Of a stretch of DNA of 64,000 bases, positions 63,075-64,000 are shown in pieces. The DNA lies in the NCBI RefSeq assembly GCF_044704955.1, contig NC_091992.1, positions 120,714,001-120,778,000 on the forward strand, read 5' to 3'. Under the pieces are notes generated by a model that worked only from the letters and a program-made list of their open reading frames with translations, searched no databases and was not told the origin of the DNA. How positions within the stretch are numbered: position 1 is the stretch's first letter; each line of letters begins with the position of its first letter. The DNA is from Pristiophorus japonicus. Its lineage: Eukaryota. The translations under genes were made by a program, and so were the position numbers.

Positions 63075-63195
63075 TTAATCCTACATTCCAACAGTGACTA
63101 CACTCCAAAAGTATTTCATTGACTGTAAAGTGCTTTGAGACATCCGGTAGTTGTGAAAGGTGCTATATAAATCCAAGTATTTCTTCTTTCTTTCT
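63075..63195 (+). mobile_element. Deu-type SINE 3' fragment
   Basis: Matches 16255-16335 (gactacactccaaaagtattt...ctatataaat). Confidence 0.75.
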
Positions 63196-64000
63196 TAATT
63201 ACACTCAGTAGTTGGGCAAATGGGACATAGTGAAAGTTGCAGAAAGTTAGAGAGAGGCAGAGGCAGAGGCTGGAGAGATATGGAGAGACCATAAGCAAAC
63301 TAGATGATAGGAATTAGAGTGATGGAAGTTGAAGGATTAGAAAGTATTGCAAAAACTGCAGATGGTGCCAACCAATCAAGCGGTCTAAGAATGAGCATTT
63401 AAAGCAAAAACCTATTTGCAGGGAGGAGGGCTTCTCTACTCCGTTCCAAGCATGAGGAATGGTTGCTGTTGGGGTTTTGTGGGTCTTTGCTGTAAAAGTT
63501 TATTCTCTGACTCACTGACAGCTTTAAAATAATGAATCATAAGTGAAGTCCTTTGGGATGTTTGAGAAGCTTGATGAGATGCTATATATACAAAGAATTT
63601 ATTCTTCACCATGTAACAAACACCATGGGAGATCTGTCGTTCACTTCATTTATCTGTACATAAACAGTGGAGCGCGTTTATCTCCACAATCGATAAACAC
63701 CACTGAAATCAATCACATGGTCAGAAATTTCTAACATTTAATTGGGAAATGAATGAATTGCTGTGAAAAATTGGTATTCTCTAGTTTAAGAATTTCATCC
63801 CCTTCGTGCCTACAGTGTATTTGCATGTTCTCTTCTGTACAATTTTTAAAGTGTACTTTTTTGGGTGGAGGAGAGGGTAGAAGCAGCAAATGGTGGCAAT
63901 GAATAGGAGGTCGATAAGCATCTAAAAGATAAAGAATGATTAATATTTTGGGTATGGCTCAGTATGTGGTAATGATCATTATGTCATAATCTGCTCATGG

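Overview
Vertebrate genomic DNA, most likely from a cartilaginous fish (inferred from the Deu-domain SINE, CR1, RTE and Penelope-type repeats). The main feature is a complete 14-exon COG1 gene (conserved oligomeric Golgi complex subunit 1) on the minus strand, from ATG 60002 to TGA 22081. I traced the exons by hand: all have GT-AG boundaries and consistent phase, giving 2964 nt (987 aa plus stop). COG1 starts in a CpG island with a 31-bp tandem array of NRF1-type motifs and probably a divergent plus-strand transcript. A second promoter with a canonical ZNF143 site at ~14.55 kb appears to drive an unidentified spliced minus-strand transcript. The rest is intronic or intergenic DNA rich in CR1, L2, RTE, SINE and MITE relics, including one near full-length CR1 with an esterase-type ORF1. 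The most unusual unexplained structure is a ~160-bp inverted repeat in COG1 intron 7. Each arm holds a complete 62-nt exon-like unit, which in the COG1 frame has a premature stop, so it is a candidate hairpin-masked poison exon. No new system is proven; all such calls are hypotheses from sequence alone.
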